Shown: piece by piece, positions 33,801-45,100 of the stretch
How the letters are laid out: every line of letters begins with the position of its first letter
Position numbering within the stretch: position 1 is the stretch's first letter
Source of the DNA: Lama guanicoe
Taxonomy: Eukaryota
NCBI GenBank assembly: GCA_013239625.1
Contig: MU054338.1
Coordinates: 250,001 to 314,000 of the forward strand
DNA: 64,000 nucleotides
Reading direction: 5' to 3'
Notes under the pieces: generated by a model
What the model was told of the DNA's origin: nothing
What the model saw: only the letters and a program-made list of their open reading frames with translations
Database searches by the model: none
Program-made: the position numbers and the translations under genes

Positions 33801-36137
33801 CCCGTGTCTAGCCTGAACGGCCACCTGGCCGCCGGAATGGGGACCCGACATTAGGTGGCTTGGTCCTTCTGCCTGCCGTGGCCCTGTTTGCACTGGGGTC
33901 TCAGCTGTTCTGCCCCCTCCCCCAACTCTGCCTCCTTCCTGGGTGGGTCCCTGGAGGCCACACTAGAGCGGGAGAATGTGGTATGGCCTGGAGCTGGGCA
34001 GAAATCCCAGCTCTGCTACTTTCTACCTATGTGACTTAAGACAAGTGACTCACCCTCTCTGGGCCTTAGTTTCCAGCTATGGGAAGAGCATATCAGGCCG
34101 AGGGAACAAGTGCAAAGGCCCTGAGGTAGGAGTGAGTTTTGTGCAGTTTGGGCACAGCCCGGAGGTCCTGGTGGCTGGAACAGAGTGAACAAGAGGAAGA
34201 GTCGAGGGCACCAGGGCAGAGAAGTGGATGGGGGCTGGGCAACCCTGGCCTTGTGGCTTCTTTCAAGGGGTGATGGGGGCCAGGGGGGCTTGAGAGCCAG
34301 AGAGTGACTGGTTCAGATTCTTGTTTTGAGAAGCTGCCTCTGGTCGTGGGCTGTCAGGGGACAGGGTGGTGGTGAGTAATGGTAGAGGCCTAGGATGAGG
34401 TGAGACAGGTGGGGTTTTCAAGAAGAGAGGGGATGGGCTGATGTGGGGAACACAGGGGCTGGCCCCCTGCCCAAGTCACCCAGGGTGACTGGGCAGACCC
34501 AGAAATCCAGCTGATCTGGCCCTTTAGGAAGGGCAGCTGAGCCATCTAGCTGGATCAAGCCTTTCTTGAACTCCACCCAGCTGAACCTAGCTTCCCTGAG
34601 GAAGGAGAAGGGGAAGCTGCAGAGGGTGTGGCTGATACTGTTGGGCCCCTGGGAGGCACAGAGGGGCAGGTGCCTCCTGACAGGAAAGGAGGTGCTGGGT
34701 GGGGTCACCTCGCTGGGGCATGGGAGCCAGATGACTTCACAGGCCTCAGCGAGGCCAGGAAACTGAACCTGAGTGGGGCGGACGGATGGGGCACTGCAGC
34801 CACAGGATAGATGTCCACTGAGCAGCTGCCTGGCAGGGCAGGGGCTTGGGTTGGGGTAGACACAGTATGTAACTTTGGGCCTACTTCACTTCTGACCCAC
34901 AGCAGGAGGAGGGCATAACAGGGAGGGTTTAGATGGGGTGTGCAGGTGGGGTGTGCAGATGGGGAACTGAGGCCAAGGAGGGCAGAGGGTCTTTGGAGGC
35001 CCTGGGGTGGCTCCAGACCCTGAGACGAGGCCGAGGGGTGGGCGGGGTCCAAAGGACAGTGTGATTTCAGTCCCTGTGAAGATAAGGGGCTTGGGGCAGG
35101 TGGGAGGGTCTAGCTCCCCCCCCACCCCATGAGACTAGGCCTCCCATCAGCGCCTCCCAGAGTGGCCCTGTGATCACTGGGATTTGAGGCAGGCAATCTG
35201 GAAGCCCCCCACTTGGGCTCAGGAACCCTGCCCTCCCCCCATTTTTGCATTGTCACAGAGGCCCTGGAGCCATGAGGTGACTATTAAGCCCATTGCAAAG
35301 ACTGTTCCAGGCTTGATTGGCGGGAGCATTTCACTCTACACCTACTGTGTGCAGCTCCAGGGACCCACCAGCGACCAGGAAGGGAGGGCCCAGGTGGAGA
35401 GGGGGTGCAGGAGAGGGGGGAGGGGCCGAGATGACTCATCCTCCAGGTCCTGGACCCCCTGCTGGCCCCTGTGCCCCACTGGAAGGCCCCAGATCCTCAC
35501 AGCATGAAGCCCTGTCCCTTTAAGCGCACCTGGCAATACTGACAGTTACCCCGCTCCTACTGCATGCCAGCTTAAGGCTGAACTGCCTTACATGGGCTCT
35601 CAAAAGACATTGACTGGGTGAGAAAGGGAGTCTGGGTTTGAATTTCAAGAGTTGGGAGGTGGGGCTGGTGGGTCCTTCCTCCTCCAAGTGTCCTTCCCAG
35701 GGCTGGAGAATGCTTGGTGGGAGGCTGAGGAGGGGTCTGTCTTGATCGGTCTCTCCATCTGGGCAGAAAGGTGATGCAGCTCTTCCTGAGACACTCTTCT
35801 CCAGGCTTTGATTCGTGGGGAACTTCTATGCATCCTTCAGAGCCCAGCCTCCAGTGCTCTTTCCTCCCCAAACACTTCTCGGGTCTCTAGGTGGAGCCTC
35901 ACCTCTCCTGTCTCTTGCCCTCTCCCGGATTTATTGGGAAGATTAATCAGGAGAATTAATGAGATTGGATGGATGGAGAGACTGGTGCTGCCTCTGAGGT
36001 GGCGGGGAAGGGTCCCACCTGACAGAAGGGAAACTGAGGAGTTCACCCAGCTCAAAGACAAAGGTGGAGATTCAAACCAGATCTGCCGAAAGCAGGGGTA
36101 GGTTGGACCCTCGGCCTGACCTTCTCTGTCCCCTCAG

Positions 36138-36189
36138 GGTCCTGGCGGCAGAGACAACATCCCAGCAGGAGCGGCTCCAGGCCATTGCA
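36138..36189 (+). CDS. PALM: PALM exon 2
   Basis: Acceptor cctcag|G, VLAAETTSQQERLQAIA, donor |GTGAGT. Confidence 0.93.
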
Positions 36190-39100
36190 GTGAGTTCTCC
36201 CCAGTCCCTGAGACAGTGTGGCCAGTGCGGGGAGGCTGGGGAAACCTGGGTTCTCAGGGGCTCCCCACACCCAACCTGGGGCCCCAGGTACTCAGAACCA
36301 GGGTGTGGTGAGGGAAACTTGAGTGCCTGCAGGCCTTTACCACAAAACGGAAATGCAGAGACCCCTTAGTCCTCAGAGTGTGGATGCTTAGCCCAAAAGT
36401 CCTCTTTGACCCCCAGCACAGCCCACCTGCAGTGGGGAAACTGAGGCTGGAGGGCAGGTGGGGGCCCCGGGAGTCACGTGGCCGCCATTGACAGAAAAAG
36501 CGAAGTCCTCCTGGGCACAGGCCTGGGCAGTGGAGGTGGGGCGGAGACGGGGCGGGGGCTCCACGGCCCATGCCGCCCTGAGCCCCCGTGCCGCCCGGTC
36601 AGGAGAAGCGGAGGAGGCAGGCAGAGATCGAGAGCAGGCGCCGGCAGCTGGAGGACGACCGGCGGCAGCTGCAGCACCTGAAGGTACGGGGCAGGCGTGC
36701 CCCTCGCAAAGCCGGTCTGGGCTTGGGGGGGACGGCAGTGCCCAGGGACCCCGGGCCTCAGCTCGATACAGGGGTTTGGGGGAGCAGGAAGGCTGGGGTG
36801 ACCCTGACCCCGGGCCCTAACCTTGCTCTGACCCCGACTGTGCCCCTGACTTTCACCTTGACTCCTGCTGCCCCAGTCCAAGGCGCTGCGGGAACGCTGG
36901 CTGCTGGAGGGGACACCGTCCTCCGCCTCTGAGGGGGACGAGGACATGAGGAGGCAGATGCAGGAGGATGAGCAGAAGGCACGGTTCCTTGAGGGCTCCA
37001 TCTCCAGGTGGGCGGGGCTGCGGGACCTGCCCCCTGCCGGGTGCTTGGGCTGGGCCGAGGCGGGAGACCCTCAGTGCTCGGGGAACACGTGGTGGGGGCA
37101 GGCCCCCCACCCGGGCTCCAGGGGCTGCGTGCGTCCCCTCCTCCCCTCGCTGCCCAGCAGAGCAGGTGTGAGAGGGATGCACAGTCCGGGCGGGTCTCCC
37201 GTCTCTCGCGTCTCTGAGGATGGGAGCTGCCTGCCTCCCTGGGGGCTTCCTGGCGCCAGCCCAGCTGGCTCTTCCTGGCTCTAATGGAGGCCATGGAGGC
37301 CACGGAGGCCCAGGCAGCTGGGCCTGCAGGAAGCCGGGGGGAGGGGGCAGGCTGGGGAAAGTGATCATCCCACTTCCCTGGGCTGGGACAAAAGGCCCAG
37401 AGCAGTTTCCAAGCACGCAGGTGGGCAGGCGGGAGGCCCAGGCTCAGTCCTGGGGCCGCGGGGTGAGGGAAGTGACAGCCAAATTTCCAAACGTCTGCTG
37501 GGCCAGGGAGGCCCAGAGATGTGTGCCAGCCCTAGGCCCCACCGTAGGCACCTTCAGATCCCATCCAGATGTGTCTGGTCTGGGAAAAAGTTGGGGACTG
37601 GCAGCTGGCGTCCCCACCTTGGCCTCAGCTTCCCCATCGGTGACCTGTGCGCCTGGAAGGAGATGGGGCTGCGCTGGATCTGGGAAAGACAGCAGGGACT
37701 GACCAGGCAGAGGGGCACTGGCAGGTGGGATGGAAGGTCGGTGGGAGTGACCAGCCACCGGGGCTGGGACAAGGTGGGCTCCTGGCCATCCCACCTGCTG
37801 GGTGCCTCCCTGGGCAGGGGGAGGGTCTCCCATAAGCCCTACTGGATGGCTGGCTTCTGGGGGCCTTGGCTTTCTTCCTGTTGGGGCAACCCATTCCTCA
37901 GGTGATTCCATTACCTGCATTTTGCCCGCTCAGTGTTCCGGCCTGGACGCCTCCTCCAGGAGGCCCACCAGGCTGACCCTGCTGTATCCATCTTGCTAAT
38001 CTGGGCTCACTGTGTTAGGGGCGGCAGACTCACTCCCCTCAGTCTGTCCTGAGCCTCCAGAGAGAATGCCCCCCTCACCCCCAGGCTGAGTGCCTTTAAC
38101 ACCTGCAGCCCAAAGCCTCAGGCCGGTGATACCTCGGTGGGAGTGAATATGCCAGTTTTGTTTTCACTGGGTGTACGGGCACCGTTATCTTCCAATACTT
38201 GGAAAGTGAAGTGATCTTTTCAGTTTCCCTGGAGAGATAAAGCCTCCTGTAAAGATAAATGTATCTGAGTGGAAAAAAAGGAGAATCTCTTGGCAGCAAA
38301 CAGAGGGGTGAACCCCAGCCCCAGGGAAGGGACCCATGGACCCGCCGGCCCAGGTCCAGGCCCCGCCTCTGGCCCTTGCTGGCTGCCCACATTCTCTGTC
38401 ATGCCTGTTTCCCTACACATGAGCAGGAGTGAGGCAGCCCCCGGGGCTTTTAGTGAACATCCCAAGTCCAGGGGGCCTTACCTCCTGCACCCTTCCCAGG
38501 CTGGAGAAGGAGATTGAGGAGCTGGAGAACCCCGATGTGCTGCCTGCCACCAAGGAGGGCACAGCAGCCCCAAGCCCAGCCCGTGCCCCGGCCCCGGCCC
38601 CGCCCCCCACCCAGGAGGCCCAGAAGGCAGAGGTGGTGCTGAATTCTCAGCAGGTAAGAGGTGATGGTTCCAGGGGTGCCATCCTGCTGGCCCTGCCCCA
38701 GAGATGTTCCAGCGCCTCCCTGTGGCTGTGGCCAGTGGCTCTAGCAGATGTTAAAGCCTTTGAATCCCAGCCTGGCCACCTCCCTGCCATGTGCCCTGTG
38801 CACGGTGCTTTGCCTCCCTGGGCCTGTTTCCCCGCCCTCGGTGGGGGGGTGTCACGGAAGTAAGTCAGTCAGTAGATGGCAGCGCTTCACTGGTAGAGAG
38901 TTTTCCCCGAATACCACCTGCTTGTCATCCTTATGTTTCTCGAGCACAACAGGTGTCATCTGTCTAATCCTCAGGACGCCCTGCTCAGGTGGGAGCAGCG
39001 TTCCCATTTGGTGGAAGACAAAAACTGAGGCCCAGAGAGGTTGAGAGACTGTCTTAAGGCCGCACAGCTGAAGAACGGTCTTTCTTGGGCTCAGCCATGG

Positions 39101-42100
39101 ATTCTGGGGTCTGGCATGTGTACCAGGCTCTGTTGAAACCAGACCCTAAAACTCTAGACCCAGAGCACATGTCCACCACAGCATGTTAACACAAATTCTG
39201 GAGGCTCCCAACCCCCTTTGTTGTCTTTGGGACTCAGAGGGCCTGGGGGACCCACTTCCTCTCCCCTCACCCATCCTCGCTGTCCCAACCCCGGAGGGGC
39301 TTCAGCCAGGAGATGCCACCCCATCTTGGGGCAGGGCCACGGAAGCTAGCATCCCTGCTTCTGTCCTGGTCCATCGCCAACTGCTGTTTGAGGGCCTCGT
39401 TCTGGAGCCTGCAGACTGGCCCTCATTTCTTGTGTCGGCTTGGTTGTGGCAGACCAGGAGGACACAGACCCGGGCCCTGGATTCCTTGGTTGTGCAGGCA
39501 GATGCAGATGTATCAGGCCACACCAACACAGGAAGGCAGTTGGACCTATTGTGGGGGAGCACAGGGCACTGTAGAGTCCCCAGTGAGGTGTCTGATTCAT
39601 GGGAGGACTGGGCGCCCTTCCCAGAGAAGGTTTTGAAGGCTGAGCAGGAGTTTTCCAGGCAGGGACTTGAGGTGAGAGGGGGTTTCCAGTGAGGCTGATT
39701 GAGCACAGACTGGCTGGCATGGTCTTTTCCTTCGTGATGCGCGCCTCCTATGAGGAGACAGATACTGACAGGGCGAGTACCATAGTCACCTGGGGAACAG
39801 CCACGGGATGGGGGGTGGGGAGCCACCTTTTGATTAGGATTGGGTGGTCCGGGAGCTCAGCGAGGAGCTGGCCAAGCGGAAATCCAGGAAGGGCCTTCCA
39901 AGTGGAAGGACATTGCACACAAAGGCCCTGGGACAGCAAGGAGGCCAGAGAGGCCAGAGGTGGGAGGCAGAGGGAGAGGCCAGTGGGCAGGGCTCTGCTG
40001 ACCCAGGGCCTGGGGGTCACCAGGAAGGGTTGGACTTTGTGTTGGGGAATACTGGGAGCTGCAGGGACATTTCTGGCTGTCAATGGCTAGAGCAGGGTTG
40101 AGGGTAGGTCCAGGAGGAGACGGTGCCTGTGATGGGATCACCGCTGAGCCAGGCCCTCCCCAGGCTCCTGCCCCCCGCGGAGGGGACCCTGGTGAGCGGG
40201 AGGGGGCCCTCCGCCACTCCTGACCCCTCTGCCTTCTTTCTTGCAGACACCGGTGGGCACACCCAAAGGTATGTCGTCTGGAAGGGGCGGCCAGGCCCCA
40301 GCGCCCTCTGGTGGCCAGGGATGGGGTGGCAGGCCAGGGGGGTGCCTTCAAGGTGTTACTGTTGCTGATTAAGTAAAACAGTAGCACAATGGTTCTGGCT
40401 GTCCTTGTCCTCAGCGGCTTTGAGCCTGGCCCAGTGCCCAACATGGTCATTTCATGTAATTTTCACAACATCCCTGGGATGGAGTTTCTGCAGCATCCGT
40501 TACAGATGAGGGCTCAGCCCCAACCTGAGGCTCTGGGTCCAGGTGGCGTGCCCCCACCCCCGCCCCAGGGAGCCACACCCACCTGCTCTGAGCTCCTGGG
40601 CAGGTGGGTGGGCCTCGGTTTTCACATCTGTAAGATGGGGTCTGTGGGGGGTGAGAAATCATAGTCCTGGCTGTCCAGGAGACCCTGCACCATTTAAAAG
40701 GACAAAGGTCTCACACACACAGACGTGGAAGACCACCATCCAGGAAACAAAGAAAAAAGCTCAAAGTTTGAACTCTGGGACCCATTTTACGCCCCTCATA
40801 AGTTTATTGCAGGTATATAAATATACACATTTGCAAGTATTTCCTATGTATACATGACATTTAAATATATACATTTAGTTATAAGTTTACTAAATGTAAT
40901 ATTAAGTTATTAAGTATGTAAAATTCTACAGCATAAATTATATATTAAAATATATACTAAACATGTCTATTTCTGTGTCTAAAGCATGGAAGGGGAGCCA
41001 CCAGCCAGGATTGGAGGTGGCAGCCAGAGCGCCTTGGGCCTGATTTGTCATGTGTTAATTATTCACAAGGAGAGAGTGTCTGCTTGTCTTACTGTGGAAT
41101 TAAAAATTAATAATTAAGAAAAAATCCATGCAGGCCTCTCAGGGATCTTATGAAAACCATTTGGACCAAGAGATGTGCAATGAATGGGCTGTGGGGCTGG
41201 AGTGTGTTTTCTTTTTAGGGAGGGAGTCTGTGTGTGTCTGGGGGTTCTGGGCATGCGCACCTGTGTGGAGGGTCTGGGTGTATGCATGTTTACGGGGAGA
41301 GGCCAGGTATCTGGCCAGGTGTGTGGGAGGGTTATCTGGGTGCCTGGGGGTCATTTTCACGTGTCTGGGAGTGTCCAGGAGTCTGGGGGTAGGGGAGACT
41401 GTGTGATCTCTCCTCTGACCTCTGTCTTTCCATGCTTTGCCCCCGAGCAGAGAAGAGAATCTCCAACACCCCCATGAGGATGGTCGAAGGCTCCACCATG
41501 ATGAAGGCAGGTGGGTTGGCCCTGGGGCTCGGACCTGTGTCCAGCCACCATCCTAGGCCGAGTGGCAGCCCTGGGGGGCCTGGCAGGCCAGGGTGAGGTC
41601 GGGTGCAGCAGCACTTGGTGAGTGCTGTGGTTATGGGGGTGGCGGCTAGACCAAGGCCACAGCTATGAGCCTGGGCAGGGCCTGGGTGCCCCCTCAGCTT
41701 TGGCACCTCCGTCACAAGCTGGCCCAGCTTCCCCGAGAAGATGGGCCCCCTTGCATGGTGGCTCTAACCTGACACCCCTCATGGCTTCCATCCCCTTAAC
41801 CTCGTCGCTCGCTCCTGGGCTCGGTGGGAGCAGCACACGCTCGCACACGCCTGCACTCGCTCCCTGCAAACCCCTCCTTCACCACCCTCGGGCTGCCGTT
41901 GGGGAGGGAGGGAGTGCCCATCCCTGGGGGTTACCAAGCAGGGAAGAGTTAGGGTTAGCACTCAGAGTTCTACAAGGTCAGGGTTCAAATCCCTGCTTGA
42001 TCACATAATCTGGAGGGGTGGGATTGCAGAGCCATCTTGCCCAGGGCCCAGCACAGACCCCAGTCTGAGTGACAAGTCACAACAAACAGCAGAGCCTTGT

Positions 42101-45100
42101 TGCTGCCGCCGTTCTTACTAGAGTAAGTTTGGAGGCGTGAAACCCTGGAGGGGAGTGAAGACCAGGATGTGACCACACGTGGGGAGGGAGAGGAGGCCCA
42201 GGGTCTCCTGCCGGGTGCAGGGGTGTTGCCCTAGGAGGAGGGAGGTGGAGGGTAGCATTTCCCAGAGAAGGAGGGGCACCTGCAGGGCGTCAGTGGTGCT
42301 CACCGGCGCCCTCTGGTGGCGATAGGGAGAACAGGCTGTGGGCAGGGCTGGGAGACCGGGTCGGAGGGGACCGGCTGTCCCAGAGGGGCCGGGTTGGGGG
42401 AAGTGATGGTGAGAAGGTGGGGAGGAATAGTGGGGGCAAGTGCTTCCCCCCACCAGCAGGGACTGCAGAGGGACGAGCGGTGAGTGGTCGGGTCTGGGTG
42501 CCGTGAAGGCAGCGCCCACAGGGTTTGCGGATGGACAGCGGAGGGGCTGGGGGTGGGGGCGGTGAGACTGGCGGGAGAACGGACACGCCTGTGAGAACGC
42601 GCGGGTCAGGGGGGCTCTTGGGCGTGGTGGGGGAGGGGGAGGGGTGGGAGCTGGGGGCCAGGGGCTCACTGCTAGGCCCCGTGTGGTGTTCGTGGTGACG
42701 ATTTCTGTAGAGCAAGGGCAGATGCTGGAGGTTGAGCTCTGGTCCTAGCTGATAGGGACCTCATTCAGTTCAGGAGGGAATCATCCCGTCTTCCCCGTGG
42801 AGTGGTCGACTTAGACGTGCGGCGCAGCGAGCGCGAGCCGGCAGGCAGGCCTGGATGCTGGGCGCACAGGCTTGAGACTTGTGTTCAAATCATGGCTGGA
42901 GTGGGCAAGGCATGCCTCTCCAACTGACTGGACTCTAAGGCTTTGCAGACCGAGTGGGGCTACCAGGGGGCCTTGGAGGCCGAGCAGAGCGAAGTGGCAC
43001 TCGGGAGCCATGGACGGGCGCTGAGCTGGGGAGGGCCGCATTGAGGGCACCTGCTGCTTGGCTCTGTGCTGCCAGCTCCCCTCCCTGGCTTGGCTGCAGC
43101 CCGTTGGGGGGCACGTGGGCAGGTGGGCCGCAGCGTAACCGGTGCCTCTCGTGCCAGCCATGTACTCGGTGGAGATCACGGTGGAGAAGGACAAGGTGAC
43201 TGGGGAGACGCGGGTGCTGTCCAGCGCCACCGTGCTCCCCCGGGAGCGCCTCCCTCAGGGCGTCAAGGTCTACGAGGACGAGACCAAAGGTACGCGCCCC
43301 TCTCCCGCCTGGCCAGCGCGGACCCACGCTGGTTTGATGGGGCACCGTCCAGGGCTGGGTCTCATCCCACAGCCCACGGACCTGCAGACCAGCCTCCCTC
43401 CATCTGAGAAACTACCTAGGGGCCTGGCCAGCGCTAGCTGGGCTGCAGGGGCAAATCCTGAGCCAGAGGCACTCAGTCCTGGGAACTTCCCAGCCAGCCA
43501 GCCCTTCAATCCCAACCTCACAGACTACTCATTTAAATAATTGCTTTTGTGAAAAAGACTCCAAAAAAAAAAAAAAAACCCAGAGATGCAGAGAGGGCCG
43601 AGACAGGATCCAGCAGGGCAGGGAGGGGACAGGGAAGGCTCCACAGAGGAGGTGAACAAACACACGGTGGGTGTGGGTACCAGCACACCTGGGTGAGGAC
43701 AGCACGTGCAAAGGCCCTGAGGTGGGATGGAGTTTGCTGGGCTTCGGGAGGGCGTGGCGAGAAAAGCCCTTGGGGCTGATGCAGAGTGGAGGGGTGGGGA
43801 CAGCGGTCTTGGCCAGGGTGGCAAGGGCCTTGGTGCTGAGGTCTAATCTGGTTTTTAGAGTCCCCTCTTCCAGTGAGGAAACACCCACACAAGGAAGGTG
43901 GAGACAGGAGGAGAGGGCAGCCCTGGGGAGAAGTTCCAAAGTGCCTGCCTCTCTCCCCGCTTCCTCTCTCTGTCTCTCTCAATGTAATTCACGTAAGGTA
44001 AAATCCACTTTTTTAAACGAAGGAAAAGTTTCCTTTAAACCATGCAGTCCATCAGTATTTAAATGGTCTCATAAACATTGTGGCATTTAAACTTTTGTTC
44101 ATTTCTGGCATGGCCTGTAGGATGGTATTCTGTCTATTCTGGGCAATATTCACAGTGATGCTAGAAAAAGGAATGAACCCACCTTAGTAAAGACAGTGTG
44201 TTAAGAAGACATTAAAAGGACATTTGGAATAAAGGCAAGTATTGGCTTTCTTCAAGACATGGAGTCCCCAGCACTGATCCCCTGAGTCAGGTGTAAAATT
44301 AACACAGCTCAGCTTTAGGGTCCATTAGTGAGTCCAGGAGTGCCACCCTCATGAGAAGATGGAAGACGAAGGGAGAAGATGCAGGACCCCCACCCAATTC
44401 AGTGGGTTTTGAAATATTCACCATGTTGTACACCCTCACTATCTGGTTCCAGAATATTTTTCTTCCCCAAGTAGAAACTGCATCCTTTCCTGTCCCCATC
44501 ATGGTAACCTTGAACCCACACTCCATCTCTGTGGACTGGCCTGTTCTAGACGTCTCACATCACTGGACTCACACACTGTGTGCCTTGTGTGTCTGGCTCT
44601 CACTGAGCATCAGTCCTCCAGGTCCATCCACATGGTAGCCAGTGCCAGTGTGTTTCTCTTTTTCACGGCTGAGTGAACTTCCCGTGTGAGGATGGACCAC
44701 ATTTTGTTTATCCAGGCATCAGTTGATAGACATGTAAGATGTTTCTACTTTTCGGTTTTGTGCTATACAAGTTTTTGTGTGGGCGTATGTTTTTATTTCT
44801 CTTGGTTAATACCTAGGAGTCAAATTGCTGAGTCATGGTGACTCTATGTTTAACCATTTGAGGAACTTCTGGGGTGTTTCTGCAGTGGCTGTATCATTTT
44901 CCTTTCCCACCAGCCATGCATGAGGGTTTCGATTTCTCCACATCCTCAACAACCCTTGTTATTGAACATTTAAAAGTTGTTATTATTATTATTGTCATCC
45001 TGGTGGGGTTGAAGTGATACCTCGTTGTGGTTTTGATTTCCAAAGAGGTTGTTCAGGCCTCTGGGACATCCAGAATGCTACTAGAGGGGTCCTGTCACAG

